A stretch of 64,000 nucleotides of DNA, from the NCBI RefSeq assembly GCF_001194135.2, contig NC_068983.1, positions 81,103,515-81,167,514 on the forward strand. Direction: 5' to 3'. This stretch comes from Octopus bimaculoides. Lineage: Eukaryota. How positions within the stretch are numbered: the first letter of the stretch is position 1; each line of letters starts with the position of its first letter. The notes under the pieces were generated by a model that ran no database searches, was not told the origin of the DNA, and was given only the letters and a program-made list of their open reading frames with translations. Both the position numbers and the translations under genes were made by a program. Below are positions 1 through 13,734 of the stretch, one piece after another.

Positions 1-197
1 AAGGAATATCTCAGATTCACTGAAGAAAAAAAGAAAAGAAAAAACAAAAAAATGATGACCACATACACACACAGAAACACCACAGCATCAAACAAAGAAG
101 GCATTTCTATCCAAGCTGACACATTTTTCTTGCTAAATTGAATGGTGCCAGATAAAAAGAGTACCAATTACAAAGTGTTTAGGTGCCAGCAGTGCTG

Positions 198-252
<55 letters not shown>

Positions 253-270
253 TGATGATAATAATAATAA
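198..270. repeat. (TAA)n/(TGA)n trinucleotide microsatellite
   Basis: Direct: run of ataataata... with a short gatgatga interruption. Confidence 0.95.
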
Positions 271-489
271 TACTGGTGGTAGTAATAGCAGAGGTGGAGT
301 TTACTTACTGTATTTAGGCTATTTTCAGTTAGACCTGTCTTGATGAAAGTGAACCTTGAGTGATTCTCTGATAAATGCTTTTTGTTCTTCAGATTTAATC
401 GATAAGAAAAAGAAATTTAAAGCCTTCGCTTTCTTTGAAAAGCCATTTCCCTTAAGAATACTCATATTTTTTTCCTCCCTTTTTCTTTC

Positions 490-490
490 A

Positions 491-533
<43 letters not shown>

Positions 534-559
534 GCTGCTACTACTACTACTACTACTAT

Positions 560-593
<34 letters not shown>
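490..593. repeat. (TAC)n microsatellite
   Basis: Direct: tactactac... with few interruptions; it generates the poly-Tyr and poly-Val pseudo-ORFs 356..595 and 488..703. Confidence 0.97.
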
Positions 594-594
<1 letters not shown>

Positions 595-1664
595 GCAATA
601 ACAACAGTGTCAGATAGCTACTAGTATCAGTAGTACTAAAGTTCAAGAATGCTGAAATATTTATTATTTGTTTTGAAAAATATGTAATTGAAAAACTATA
701 CACAGTATTGAATAAGGAACAAAAAAAAAAAGAAAGCCGAAATATTTAAAAACAAAATGAAAGCAATAAAAGATCTATGAAAGAAATAAGAAGGAAAGAA
801 AAGTAAAAAGACTCAGGAAGCAAATGAAATTAGACCTACATTTATGTTTAAGGAATTTTTGTCCCAATTGTTGTAAATAGATTGTGAGTGATGTCTTGGT
901 GTGGTGTTGGTGAGTATAAAAGAGATGTTTTTCTATCACCAACCTCAGAATAGATTGAACTAATAAACATAAAACAATAATAGTGGTGATAAAGAAAACA
1001 ACAATAATAGCAAAAAAAAAAGAAAGAAAAGAAAATGAAAAAAAAATAACAAACCCAAGAAGTCAACCTAGTTATTTGGGCAAATGTTTCATTCTTTTAT
1101 TAAGAGACTGTATTGTCTAACTGGATCCTTTCAACCAAAAATTTGGAAGCAAATTACAGCAGCAAATTTTGATTAAAAGAAAATAAATAAAGTCTAGCTA
1201 AAATATAAATAAAGTGAAACAAAATAAAAATAAATGAGACTGTGTTATTAAAGATGGCAGTACATATTCTTAAATTGGAACTGAACGTTCTACATCACAG
1301 CTTTAACTGGATAACTTGCTGGCAAACAACTGAAGAGTAGTCATGGTATATTCAGACTGGAGTTGATACTGTTTAACCCCAGGTCAACTCTGTTTGAGTA
1401 GAATGTTAACCAAAGGGTTTTCAGCCATAAAAATCTCACCATTTTTTTTTTATATTTGAATTTCAGGGGAATACATTGTTTTCAATATCTTATATAAAAA
1501 TAAAAGAAATTGGAAACAATGTATTTCTCTGAAATTCAGTTATAAAAAGGTAGGGTTCAATCTGAAGGAGATTTGGCTACTGTTTTTAGCAGTTTGAGTG
1601 ACCTACTTGGTTTGTGATTTTGGGGAGCTTTCCGTATTGTCTCAAGACCATGTAGAGCATTACG

Positions 1665-1890
1665 GAGGCATGTGGCTTAGTGGTTAGGGTGTTGGACTCA
1701 TGATGGTAAGATTGTGGTTTCGATTCCTAGACTGGACGACACATATTTTTGAGCAAAATATTTCATTCTACATTGCTCCAGTCCATTCAGCTGGCAAAAA
1801 TGAGTAACCCTGTGATGGACTGGCGTCCTATCCAAGTGGAGAATTTATATGGGAAACCGACCCTTATGAGTCAGTATGACTTGAGAAGGT
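1665..1890 (+). mobile_element. tRNA-derived SINE (Pol III head, Meta-like segment, V-domain-like segment)
   Basis: A box TGGCTTAGTGG and B box GGTTTCGATTCC, followed by ctccagtccattcagctggcaaaaatgag and accctgtgatggactggcgtcctatcca, which resembles the V-SINE central domain. Domain names are from recall. Confidence 0.75.
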
Positions 1891-4800
1891 AACTCTACTT
1901 ATGTAGAGCATTTCTCATGTGGACTGTGGTAGTAATAGGCTCATAATGCATCAAGGACTAGATTACCTAATATGTTCTTCTTTTCTAAGATGGCAGGGTA
2001 AGATGTGAGGGAAATTTGACTGCCATTTCTAACTGGTTAAGTGACTCATAGAGGCCTCCAGATAGGCTTGTAAATAAAGGTGAATAAGATATGGTAGAGT
2101 ACAACGATCAGATTCGTGACAAACAATGACTAAAATGATGTCGCTGATGATAAAGAATAATTACTATTGTTAGGATTGGAAGAATTGCCGAAGTAGAGGA
2201 CAAAACACCTTGTGGTATTTTATCATGTTTCTCTACAATCTACATTTAAGTCCTGGGTCAACTTTACCTCTCATTCCTCCTGTTTTCACAATAACTACCA
2301 GAGACAAAATAGTCAATTGTTCTCTCCCTCAAAATTTCTGGTCATATGTCAACATTGCAAATCATTGTTGCTGCTATTGCTGTAACAACAACAACAATAT
2401 AGCTGTATAAAAGAATCATCTTTGTAACTCAGTTTTGATTCCCAGTTTGAGAGAAAGGAAATAAGTTTGATCACTGCCAATCTCACTGTTTTTGAGTCTA
2501 TAAGAAATTGTAACAATTTGGTAGAAGTGATTGTTATGGTTGATCAGCTGAAGGTCATCTACAAAACTATGCCTATTATCAGAAGTGGTCTAGCTGCAAC
2601 CATCCTGCCTTTTATTCAGACATTGTGTATCCAGGATTATATCCTCCACTGTGTCCTTCCTGTTCTTCTAAGACAATAAGAAGTTATTTGAGGGTGATTT
2701 GGTCACTGTTTCTGGTAGGTTAGTAGTTTAAAATATTGCATAATTGTTCTCTTGTTAGCAATGGTGAAAGGTGGAAATAGACTAAGCTAGTTGTTGCGGA
2801 TAACTTTTAGAGGTTTACTGAAATAAGTCAAAATTAGACAAAGTAGAAAGTGGAAATAGAAAAGTAAAAGATAAATTAGGAATAGAAAGAACAAATGGAA
2901 AAACTGAAGTGAAAGAATAAAGTAGAAATGTCCAGTAAAAAGGAATTAAATGGAGAGGAATAGAGAAAATGAACTGGAAGAGACTTGTTTCTTCTATTTG
3001 GTATTTACACTCAAATGAGTTGTGCTTGATTAATTGTATATATACCTTTTATGAAATATATACAACTTCATGGATACATCATATTTCTCTTAGCTTTGAC
3101 ATTAATGTAATAAATCCAAGATTCAAATCCTTCTCTTAAAAAGGATTATAAAGAGAGCTCATGTGATTTACATATTTCTCTCTGTCATGCACACACATAG
3201 AAACAGTAGCAAAGGGACAAAGTAATGGCCAGTCTCATTCTAACACCCAACACTGTTTTATTCATTCCCATCTGGGTTAGTTGAAATAAAAACGATGATT
3301 AAATCAAGATTTGAACACATAGCAAATATATTTGGTTATTATGATCATACCAATATTATTCCAAGCTTTAGCCAAATTTTATTTATATGGAAATTCAAAA
3401 TAAAACAAGAACAAGAAGAGGGGAAAAAAAAAACATGAATGAAAATAAGCAAATCTAATGTTCTTTTGAACAAGATAGTATTAGAAAAAGAAACAACAAT
3501 GTATGCAAGAAGAAAGCGGCTTAGCTTATTAGTCATTCTAGTTCTGAATTATACTAAAGGTATTGATTTTCCTGTTGAAACAACAACAAGATGAACAAAT
3601 TATTACAAATGTAAAACATAAATAATTGAAATGCAAGAAATATATGAAAACGCAACATTAATTTTGTAGCTGCTACATGTATCCTCCCCCTTTCATAAAT
3701 ACAGACAGGTTCATTTTCTTTTTCTGTTACTGTTTCACTAATCCCTGAGATTGGTTTGATCTAAGGCTTTAATTAGTGGAACCTCATCATTCATGAGATT
3801 CAAACCATTCTTTTAGTGCAGAGAAAACCTAGAGGCAAGGGTATGTTACTTCATTAGCACTGGTCACAATGGCTGTATACAAAAATAAAGAGAAAGAACA
3901 AAGTACTAGGAAGAAGAGATGGGGAAGGAGAAGGAGGAGGAGGAGACAGAGAAGGAGGAACAGAAAGAGAAGAATAAAGCAAAAAAATAAAAATAAGGAA
4001 ACAAAAATGTGAAAAATAAAGACATCTGGCAAGTTCAATTAGCTGAACACAACAAGTAGATTGTTGGGCCTATATTTTAACACACAACACAGATATAGGA
4101 GAGAGTAGAAGTGGATGAGAAGTAGTAGATAGCTATGGGATGATCCATCACTGATTATATAAGGATGCTAAAATTAGTACTGACAAAGCCTTGTGGTTAA
4201 ACCATGCTCAATGGTATAACACAGCAAAGAATACAGTGCAATGGTGGTGATGATGATGATGGTGGTGGTGGTGGTGAAAGGGAAGAGGTGATAAGAATAA
4301 AAGGTCTTGGGATGGGCAGATGTGATGATGGAGAGAATAGTGTGTAGATGGAAGGAGGAGAATAGAAGGTGGAGCTGACATTAAAGAGAGTACAGTATAT
4401 AAAAGGAAAAGATAATTTAGAATGGAGAAAGGAAGAATGGAAATGGAAAGCAGACAGAGAAATAGCACAAGAATTCAGAAAGAAAGGAGTTGCTAAAGAA
4501 GAAACTTAAGCTGAAGAACTGGGGCAAATTTATGCTATTAACAATGAAGATGGCAATGATGATGATGATGTCAAAGAAGAAAAATACAAAAGAGATAAAT
4601 CTGATGAAATCAAATGCAATAGACAATAATTATTAGTTTTAAGTCAGCTGTTGTTAAGATTAAAGGTATTCCAACTATGACTAGCTTGTCTTGTTCTTTT
4701 TTCCTTTGAGACATTGTGTACCTTGGACTACGCAGTTCAATGTCTCCTTCCTATTTTAAATTCAATTGTGAGATTTGAAGGGGATTTTGCACCAATATGG

Positions 4801-6379
4801 CAGATTGAGTAAATATGAAGAGACATTCTTGTTGGTTCATTCATTTACTGCTGCATGGCTTTGGCTAAACAAGGGTAGGATTCATTTCTACTTGTGTGAG
4901 AACTAAAGTAGAAAAATCTTTCTATTAAATCGTTTCATTATCTATTTATCCAATTACTTAAATAACATATATTTGAAGAATGGCTTTATTAATCATAGTA
5001 ATCAGAAATTGTTTTCAGTTTGAACTGTTTTGCTTTCCCACTAACCATTTTTGTTATTGCACAATTAACAAACTGTGATACTAATATAGTATCACAATAT
5101 AAATTTAGTGAGAATGCAATTGTCTGTCATATAAAAATAGCTTTGTGAGTTTGCATGATGTTAAAGAATTTGGCATGACACTAACAAATTACACTATTAT
5201 TGAATTCTTCTGACCAAGAATAAGCCAACTTTATAAGGAAGAAACAAAAGCAAAGGCAACATGAACAGAATTTCAATACTGAACCAAAAAGGATGAAACT
5301 AAAACTGTTAGATATTTTGTTTCAATCACCATTACCTGAGCCACCTCACTTGAATATATAACACAATAATGCTGATGATTTTGACTAACATGGTTTGCAC
5401 TATAGAATATTCCTGTCAATAATTTCAAAATCTACTCAAAAGATCAAAAAAACAACAACAGTATTTAATGCAAAGTTTTCATAACAGAGCCAAAATTGGA
5501 CTATTCAAATATGATCAGTTAAATACTAAACAAGTATTAAGCAGCAGAAAAGAAAAATAGATTTCTTTTTTTGTCTACTCAGGTTGCCATGTCTAATTGG
5601 GGTAGAATATTTCATTCACTTTTAAATGAATCAATTTTTAAATTCAAATCTTGGTTCTTTTGAATCAAGCTTTGTTTATATAGGTGTTCTGTGGACTTAG
5701 TTGTAGGTTCTCAAGAAAGTTACTATCAAACTCTACTGAAATAAAATACTGAATGAAAAATAAATGAATAGATAGAATATTTGATTAAATCTCTGATAAT
5801 TGATGTCACAAATTGCAACTGACAGTTGGTAACTAAATTTAGGAGTTTATCTTTAAGTTCTATCGGAATGTTCTAAGTGAATGTTTTTAAATTCATTCTC
5901 CTGCAGTTCCCTTCCCTCGAAGGTTATAATTCAGCTCTTACGAAACTTTTGTAGAGTATAAAGGCAGTTACTCTTTACTTTTAGCAGGTCATAATGTTTA
6001 AATCCCTTTTATTTATTTCTTATAATAGTCTCTGGGTAGGAGGAATGCTGAGGAAAGGTGTACATATAAAACCTCATCAGTTGGAGACAAAAAAAACATT
6101 ATAATGGATTAAGGATTGCTGTAAATGTTCTCCTCCTCTTTATCATCATCATCATCAACAAAAACATCTTTATCATCAATGATTGTGACAAAATGATAGT
6201 GTAATAGTTAGAGATGCCATTAGAATGATGTTATAAATATCTTCTACTGGAAAATATTCTTCTTAGGTGTTATCTACCAAGCAGTATCTCATGTACACTA
6301 GTAGCAGTAAATTATATATATATATATATACATTAAATGAAGAACAAAAGTATACCATTCTATCTAAATTAAACAGCTA

Positions 6380-6700
6380 TATAAAATTGTATATCTGAAT
6401 CTTGTAAGCATTAAGCTCAGCCTCTGTATAATGTAAACAGTTATTGGATCCAAATGTTAATGGTGGGCTGGCAGAATTAGCTAAACATAAAATCCGGCCA
6501 ATTCTATACTGAACAACATTATTCCAGTCCTGAAAACCCCACCCATTTCTCTGTTTCCCTCCTTTATGCATTCTTTATTGCTTGCTTCATAACCTCTGCA
6601 ACAACATATAAGGAATACTACAGCAAGCTGGCCTTTGGGCTGGTTGGTCAATGTCAGCTCTCCAATGTTACAGCTGACCAGTATTACTTCCAATCAAAAC
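6380..6700 (-). mobile_element. Highly decayed LINE (RTE-type) APE endonuclease remnant
   Basis: Fragmentary frames (VSCNIGELTL...; WNNVVQYRIGRILCL...LHYTEAELNAYKIQIY) loosely echo RTE endonuclease segments; frameshifted. Confidence 0.35.
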
Positions 6701-7078
6701 ACTACTGCCTTTTGCATATTAGGCTGCCATCAGGTCTTACTGACCAGTATTTTATTGATCTTCCTCCCTTCCTCTGAAATATGGCCATGCTCTAATCTTG
6801 TTATGGATGACAGTAATGCAAAGCTTTCAGGAGTTCAACATAATTTACTGGAGATTATGCTCATATAAGAGATTGATAAACTACATGTACATGGTTGATT
6901 AAACATTGTATATAAGAAATATTACAGCTGAAACTTTTACAAAGCATATGGATACACTGGTTCTAATAGTACATGCATTACTGAAAATATGGGTGGAAAT
7001 ATAGTGAGTGATAAGCATAAACAATATAACAAAACAACTCATATGTATAAATATGCATGCATACACATGTATGTGTGA

Positions 7079-7110
<32 letters not shown>

Positions 7111-7132
7111 NNNNNNNNNNNNNNNTATACAA

Positions 7133-7179
<47 letters not shown>

Positions 7180-7385
7180 GATAGATAATGTATAGATACA
7201 TCTGTATTTATATATATACATATATATATATATATGTATATATATGTGTGTGTACAAATATATATATTGATGTATATACATGTATATATTTATATATATT
7301 CATATATATTTATATTTACAAATATATGTATATCATGATCATGTAAAGCGGACGTTAAATGATGATAATGATATACATATATATT

Positions 7386-7426
<41 letters not shown>

Positions 7427-7427
7427 A

Positions 7428-7520
7428 TCTGCCAAGTCCACTCACAAGGCTTTGGTCAGCCTGAGGCTATAGTACAAAACACTTGCCTAAGGTGCAACAC
7501 AAAGGCACTGAACCCGGAAC
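7428..7520 (-). mobile_element. CORE-like tRNA-derived SINE (family A), partial
   Basis: Reverse complement matches the family seen at 9160, 13735, 46355 and 62888 (ggttcagtccc...ttgggcaagtgt...gtggatt...agaaactgaaagaag). Confidence 0.8.
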
Positions 7521-8697
7521 CATACATGTATGTGAGCATATATATACATATACATATATATATATATATATATATACATATATATATGTACATATTCTTT
7601 TAATCTTTTACTTGTTTCAGTCATTTGCACAAAGTGCCATGCAGTTGGACTGAACCCAGAGCCATGTGGTTGGGAGGCAACCTTCAAACGACACATCCAC
7701 NNNNNNNNNNNNNNNNNNNNNNNNNNNNNNNNNNNNNNNNNNNNNNNNNNNNNNNNNNNNNNNNNNNNNNNNNNNNNNNNNNNNNNNNNNNNNNNNNNNN
7801 NNNNNNNNNNNNNNNNNNNNNNNNNNNNNNNNNNNNNNNNNNNNNNNNNNNNNNNNNNNNNNNNNNNNNNNNNNNNNNNNNNNNNNNNNNNNNNNNNNNN
7901 NNNNNNNNNNNNNNNNNNNNNNNNNNNNNNNNNNNNNNNNNNNNNNNNNNNNNNNNNNNNNNNNNNNNNNNNNNNNNNNNNNNNNNNNNNNNNNNNNNNN
8001 NNNNNNNNNNNNNNNNNNNNNNNNNNNNNNNNNNNNNNNNNNNNNNNNNNNNNNNNNNNNNNNNNNNNNNNNNNNNNNNNNNNNNNNNNNNNNNNNNNNN
8101 NNNNNNNNNNNNNNNNNNNNNNNNNNNNNNNNNNNNNNNNNNNNNNNNNNNNNNNNNNNNNNNNNNNNNNNNNNNNNNNNNNNNNNNNNNNNNNNNNNNN
8201 NNNNNNNNNNNNNNNNNNNNNNNNNNNNNNNNNNNNNNNNNNNNNNNNNNNNNNNNNNNNNNNNNNNNNNNNNNNNNNNNNNNNNNNNNNNNNNNNNNNN
8301 NNNNNNNNNNNNNNNNNNNNNNNNNNNNNNNNNNNNNNNNNNNNNNNNNNNNNNNNNNNNNNNNNNNNNNNNNNNNNNNNNNNNNNNNNNNNNNNNNNNN
8401 NNNNNNNNNNNNNNNNNNNNNNNNNNNNNNNNNNNNNNNNNNNNNNNNNNNNNNNNNNNNNNNNNNNNNNNNNNNNNNNNNNNNNNNNNNNNNNNNNNNN
8501 NNNNNNNNNNNNNNNNNNNNNNNNNNNNNNNNNNNNNNNNNNNNNNNNNNNNNNNNNNNNNNNNNNNNNNNNNNNNNNNNNNNNNNNNNNNNNNNNNNNN
8601 NNNNNNNNNNNNNNNNNNNNNNNNNNNNNNNNNNNNNNNNNNNNNNNNNNNNNNNNNNNNNNTACATGTATGTGAGCATATATATACATATACATAT

Positions 8698-8728
<31 letters not shown>

Positions 8729-8872
8729 ACAGAGTAAGCACATAAATGTGAAACAAGGTAGAAAAATAGTACTTGAATACCGGAGATAGAGTGATATGCT
8801 TTATTAATAAAGCTGCAAAAACATCACCAAAACTGTGAGTCAGATAGTTTTGATTTAGAATATATATATATA

Positions 8873-9086
8873 AGGCGAGCTGACAGAAATGTTAGCACGC
8901 TGGGCAAAATGCTTAGCGACATTTCAGCTGTCTTTACGTTCTGAGTTCAAATTCTGCCAAGGTCGACTTTGACTTTCATTCTTTTGGGGTCAATAAATTA
9001 AGCACCAGTTGTGTACTGGGGTTGATCTAATTGACTGGCCCCCTCCCCCAAAATTTTAGGCCTTGTTCCTAGAGTAGAAAAGAATA
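8873..9086 (+). mobile_element. Nin/Deu-domain-like tRNA-derived SINE (family B)
   Basis: ggcgagctgacagaa...ttctgagttcaaattc...gtcgactttgactttcattcttttggggtcaataaattaagcaccagt; more than 10 homologous copies in the window. The central segment resembles the Nin/Deu SINE domain (recall). Confidence 0.85.
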
Positions 9087-9159
9087 TATATATATATACA
9101 TGCATAAACACTCACATATATATGTATATGTGGTTGCAAGATATGCATATACATAAATG

Positions 9160-9310
9160 TGTGGTTGTGTGGTGAGAAGCTTGCTTCCTAACCACATGGT
9201 TTCAGGTTCAGTCCCTCTACATGGTAAACTTGGGCAAGTGTCCTATAGTATAGACCTGAGCCAACCAAAGTTAGTAGATATAATAGTCAGAAACTGAAAG
9301 AAGTCCATTG
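9160..9310 (+). mobile_element. CORE-like SINE (family A)
   Basis: gtggttgtgtggtgagaagcttgcttcctaaccacatggtttcaggttcagtcc...cttgggcaagtgtc...agaaactgaaagaagtcc; multi-copy in the window. Confidence 0.85.
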
Positions 9311-9633
9311 TATGTATGTGTGTGTGTGTGTCTATCTGTCTATCTATCTATCTATTTATCTATGCCTATCTGCATGTGTATATGAGTTACTGTCTCTTTG
9401 CACAGGCAATGTGTAACAGTTGTAAACGAGTGTTACCATCATGCAAAGAATGCTCTTTCTAATTTTCCATGAAAACATGTCTGGTCATGTGGATGTATTA
9501 CCTTATGTGGAAACCAGTGTGGGTCAGGAAGGGCATCCAGCCATAGAATATCCACTTTAACAAATATGTCCATATTTCCAGCTCATGTAGGTATGGAAAA
9601 TTGGACATTAACACACTGATGAAGATGATGATG

Positions 9634-9667
<34 letters not shown>

Positions 9668-10308
9668 CACAAATATAGTAGGCTTTCTTTCACTCTATCC
9701 ATATATGGTACAATGTTTATATCCCTCAAAATAACAAGTCACTAACGACTTCTAGTGAGTCATCTGAATAATTCATGACTTCATGATCATCTAATATCAA
9801 CACTTATTCCAGCTTCATTGTCTGTCTGTCTGTCTATCTATATAGACAAATAGATATGCGCATCTATATATATATATATATATATNNNNNNNNNNNNNNN
9901 NNNNNNNNNNNNNNNNNNNNNNNNNNNNNNNNNNNNNNNNNNNNNNNNNNNNNNNNNNNNNNNNNNNNNNNNNNNNNNNNNNNNNNNNNNNNNNNNNNNN
10001 NNNNNNNNNNNNNNNNNNNNNNNNNNNNNNNNNNNNNNNNNNNNNNNNNNNNNNNNNNNNNNNNNNNNNNNNNNNNNNNNNNNNNNNNNNNNNNNNNNNN
10101 NNNGACATCCAATATGCTAGAAAGAGGTCATCAGCGACCCAACCACAAAGAAAAATAATGTTCTCCAGAAAAAAATTTTGCAAAACACCAGAACAAGACA
10201 AAATAAGAAATATACAGAATAAAGAATTGTATTTTTCTTTGTGGTTGGGTCATTGATGACTTCTTTCTAGCATATTGGATGTCCACTTAGTGGTCATCCC
10301 TTCTTATA

Positions 10309-10348
<40 letters not shown>

Positions 10349-11877
10349 TATATATATATATATATATATGCATGCACACGCACACACACAGACACACACA
10401 TATATACACACACACACACATGTATATACATATATAGATAGGTGGCAGTTTGAGCAAGTGTCTTCTGCTATAACTCTAGTTTGACCAATGCATTGTGGAT
10501 AAATGTGATTGATGGGAAATATACAAAACTCAGTACATATATTGTATATATCATTATATGTGTGTGTGTGTCTGTATGTGTGTGTTGATATTTTGCTGGT
10601 TGCCGTTTGAACAAAGTGAATGATGTTGACATGATTATGACCAATATCTGTATGCTTTTCAAGACCTGTGGAATATAAAAATTCCTTACTTAGGAAGCAG
10701 AGTTGAGGGTTTATGATATGAAGAGTGTCCGGCCATTAGAATCTCAAATAACTCTCTATCTTGTTCATGTTAGCATGAAAGAACAGACGTTAAGGAAATT
10801 ATTGATACTACTCATGCTGCTGTAGCCTTTGGGTTATGCCCCTAAATAAGGCACATAACTCTGCTTGCTCCAGTTTGCCTGACTGACAAGTTTCAATGTA
10901 TGTTTAAGTTAGGTGGTTAGTGGTAGAAAGATCAACCAGCTGCAAAAAACATTTGCTTACTAATGAAAAAAACAAAACAAGACAAAAAACAAAAAAAAAA
11001 AACACAAAAAAACAAACAAACAAAAAAACTAAAAACAAAACCAACTCCACACTTGCAAGCATGAAAAATGGGTGTACACATACACATTTCTCTTTTATAT
11101 CTTTATATCTGGTTTTCTCATTCCTCTGTAGCTTCTACTTATTAAAATTTCAGTCATGCTGAATCACACTTCTGACACTTATAACTGTTCATTTTGCATA
11201 CTTCGAGCTATGTGTATGTGCATGTGTATGTGCATGTGTGTGTGTGTGTGTGTGTATAAAATATATAATATATATATGTACGTATGCCTATACACACTCA
11301 CACCTACACACATGCATGTATGTGCACAAGCAAGCACAGACTCAAATTAGTAGAAGTAGGTGGTATAAATCAGATTTTATATTGCTTGTATTTGATGATC
11401 TGTTGAGTACAGGTGTTAAATAGCCTGAGTTTCCCTAGTTGTTTAAATATGTTCCAGATCACTGAAGTTAAATAATTTAATACTATTTTCATCAGAAAAA
11501 AAAAGATAATAAAATTTAAAAATCCGAAATAATTTGTTTATAAAAGTTGAACTTGAAATAGATAAAGCTACAAACAAGTGTACAGACATTAGGTTAAAGA
11601 ACCCTTTAGATAGTAAAAGTCAAAGACCTTCAATCTTTTCTGTCCAAGGAGTTTTAACCGAATCTTCAATCTCATATTTGCATGCTATTGTTTGTAGCAT
11701 TATCTGTAACTGTTTAAAACATGAGTTATTTCATGTTTTCTTGAAGTTTCTAAATTCTTATGATGTAAGAAAAAGAAAAAACACAAAGAAAAATATACAG
11801 TTCTATATTCAAGAGATGAGGAATTATGTACATTATTTACATTTGACGGATATTTGTCACCATCTTGTTTGTTGTTA

Positions 11878-11921
11878 ACACAATGTTTTGGCTAATATCC
11901 CCTCCAGCCTTCATCAGGTGT
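11878..11921 (-). ncRNA. Degenerate minimal type I hammerhead ribozyme motif (PLE-type)
   Basis: Minus strand: acac-CTGATGA-a-ggctg-gaggggatat-tagcc-AAAA-catt-gtgt. Stem I acac/gtgt and stem II are intact, but core GAAA reads AAAA (CpG-decay type change); probably inactive. Confidence 0.7.
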
Positions 11922-12084
11922 CTTGGAGAAATTTCTAACCTGGGTTCTCATTCCTAAGGTATTTTTCGATGTTATTATTATTATTATTATTGTTCGGGTT
12001 ACTGCCTGGAATCAAACTTAGAATCTTGGGGTTAGTAGCCTGCACTCTTAACCCCAAGATTTCGAGTTTGAGTCCAAGCAGTGA

Positions 12085-12125
<41 letters not shown>

Positions 12126-12128
12126 GTC

Positions 12129-12162
<34 letters not shown>

Positions 12163-12239
12163 TAATAATAATAATAACAACAACAATAGCATCGAAAAAT
12201 ACCTTAGGAACAAGAACCCAGGTTTGAAATTTCCCCAAG

Positions 12240-12283
12240 ACAGCTGATGAAGGCTGGAGGATATATCAGCTGAAATGTTGTGT
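12240..12283 (+). ncRNA. Degenerate minimal type I hammerhead ribozyme motif (PLE-type)
   Basis: acag-CTGATGA-a-ggctgg-aggatata-tcagct-GAAA-tgtt-gtgt. Core CTGATGA/GAAA is intact; stem I has one mismatch and AACGTT has decayed to AATGTT. Confidence 0.7.
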
Positions 12284-13734
12284 TAACAACAAATAAGATG
12301 AGGACAAATATCCGTCAAATATAAATAACGTAAATAAAGAAAAATATCCTGTTCCAAATAGTAGAACTGAAATTGCTAGATATCCAACTTGTGTTTATTT
12401 AAGTGTCAGGGAGGGGAAAAGTTTAAAAAGAAATAAAAGATTAAAGTATATAATTCTTTCAATAAATATGAACTGGGATATAGAAACAGCAGTTGGAACA
12501 GGGAATAAATACAGAGAAAACGAAAGCTGTTGGTGTTGTTTTTCTCACTGATACACTTTCATTTCATGCACAATATCACATATATTTTTAGTCACCTCCA
12601 GCAGAGCCTTGCTTTAGCAATGAGTTCCCTTTTCATACAAAAGTGTATTTAAAAAAAAAACGAAAAAAAAGGGTTACAAGCCTACACCAAGAATCTAGAA
12701 GAGTGTCACAGAGGGGGAAAAAATGCACACACAGGATGTCAATTTGGAGTCTAAACAGTTAAAGAAGATCAATAGACAGTTGAAACATAGACTTAAGGGA
12801 TGATATGATGGAAAATGTTACAAGAAAAAAAAAGAAAAAAAAGGGTGGAGGCAAAAATGATCACTTCAAAGGAAGAATAAAGAAAAGACCACATGTGAGT
12901 AAATTCATTTCATAACAAACAACTGTCGTGTATGTATGAATGTATGTATACGAAGATTGCTTCAAACATCTTCACATGCATACATACTAAGAATTTGTAC
13001 ATATCCAAGCATAGAACTATATACATATGTGTGTTTGTGTATGTACTCAGATGCATGTAAGTTTCCAATTATATATTTACACAGTCACTCCCATACGTAT
13101 ACACATGTGTCTATTTACAGCTTTGCTTTCTTTCAGCTGTATTCCAGTTAGAGTAGGTAATGATATCCTTTACCAGCTATCAATACAATTGCCTAAATCC
13201 AAATCATTAGTAAGGATTACAGCTGGTATTATTACAACAGGCCTAACTTCAAAACTAATTTATCAGTATATTGTGCTTTTCTGTTCATATATTTGTATTT
13301 TCATCTGTCGTTTTGATACAGCAGTTGACTGGATTTCAAACTGAATTTCTGACACAAATTTATAAACTCAGTTTTATAACAATGCAGAGAGGCTTACATA
13401 AGGATACGTTCTTGTTTTTCTTTAAAGGAATGTATCATCATCATCATAAAAAAATGATACAAATTACTGTGTTCAAAATAACATTCTTAAGATGTTTCTA
13501 ACAGAATAGAAACAGAAGAAGATATGATAATGCCTTCTTATAACAGGAAGCAAGGTCAACCACATAAAAAAGAGGTACCCTATCATATCATATTGATGTA
13601 CCTATCCCAATAATCTCCTTACTTCTGTTCCACCTCACTCCCTAGACTGCTGTAGTAGACACTTTGCTTCAACTTTTCTTTCCTACCCCCAGATTTTTTC
13701 TTGGCCCTGGAACTCTCTGTATAATTTTTGTCTG

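Larger units (their letters stand above)
11824..12337. mobile_element. ~510-bp palindromic element: two head-to-head copies of tRNA-like head + (AAT)n + hammerhead-like tail
   Basis: Left arm 11824-12034 is the reverse complement of right arm 12049-12337 apart from (AAT)n length; 14-nt spacer. Each arm has a degenerate B box (gagtttgagtcc / aagtttgattcc) and a CTGATGA...GAAA-type motif. Confidence 0.9.

Noticed and set aside
309-367. Minus-strand exon candidate (NHSRFTFIKTGLTENSLNT) ending at ACA|GTAAGT
   Set aside because: The donor is good but the acceptor has a purine-rich tract; unsupported without transcripts.
356-703. Poly-Tyr / poly-Val ORFs and the many [12 protein letters not shown] and poly-Asn ORFs elsewhere
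   Set aside because: Microsatellite translations with no splice or codon evidence.
1665-1740. tRNA gene
   Set aside because: A and B boxes are present but there is no complete cloverleaf or acceptor stem, and it continues into a SINE body.
3787-3828. Possible terminal exon on the minus strand (VFSALKEWFESHE* or GFLCTKRMV*)
   Set aside because: Only an acceptor-like site (cttgcctctag) supports it; the frame is ambiguous and there is no homology.
7524-8725. Direct duplication across gap 7701-8662 (also 15955-16044 versus 16189-16260)
   Set aside because: Near-identical microsatellite-rich sequence on both sides of an N gap is most likely a scaffolding overlap artefact.
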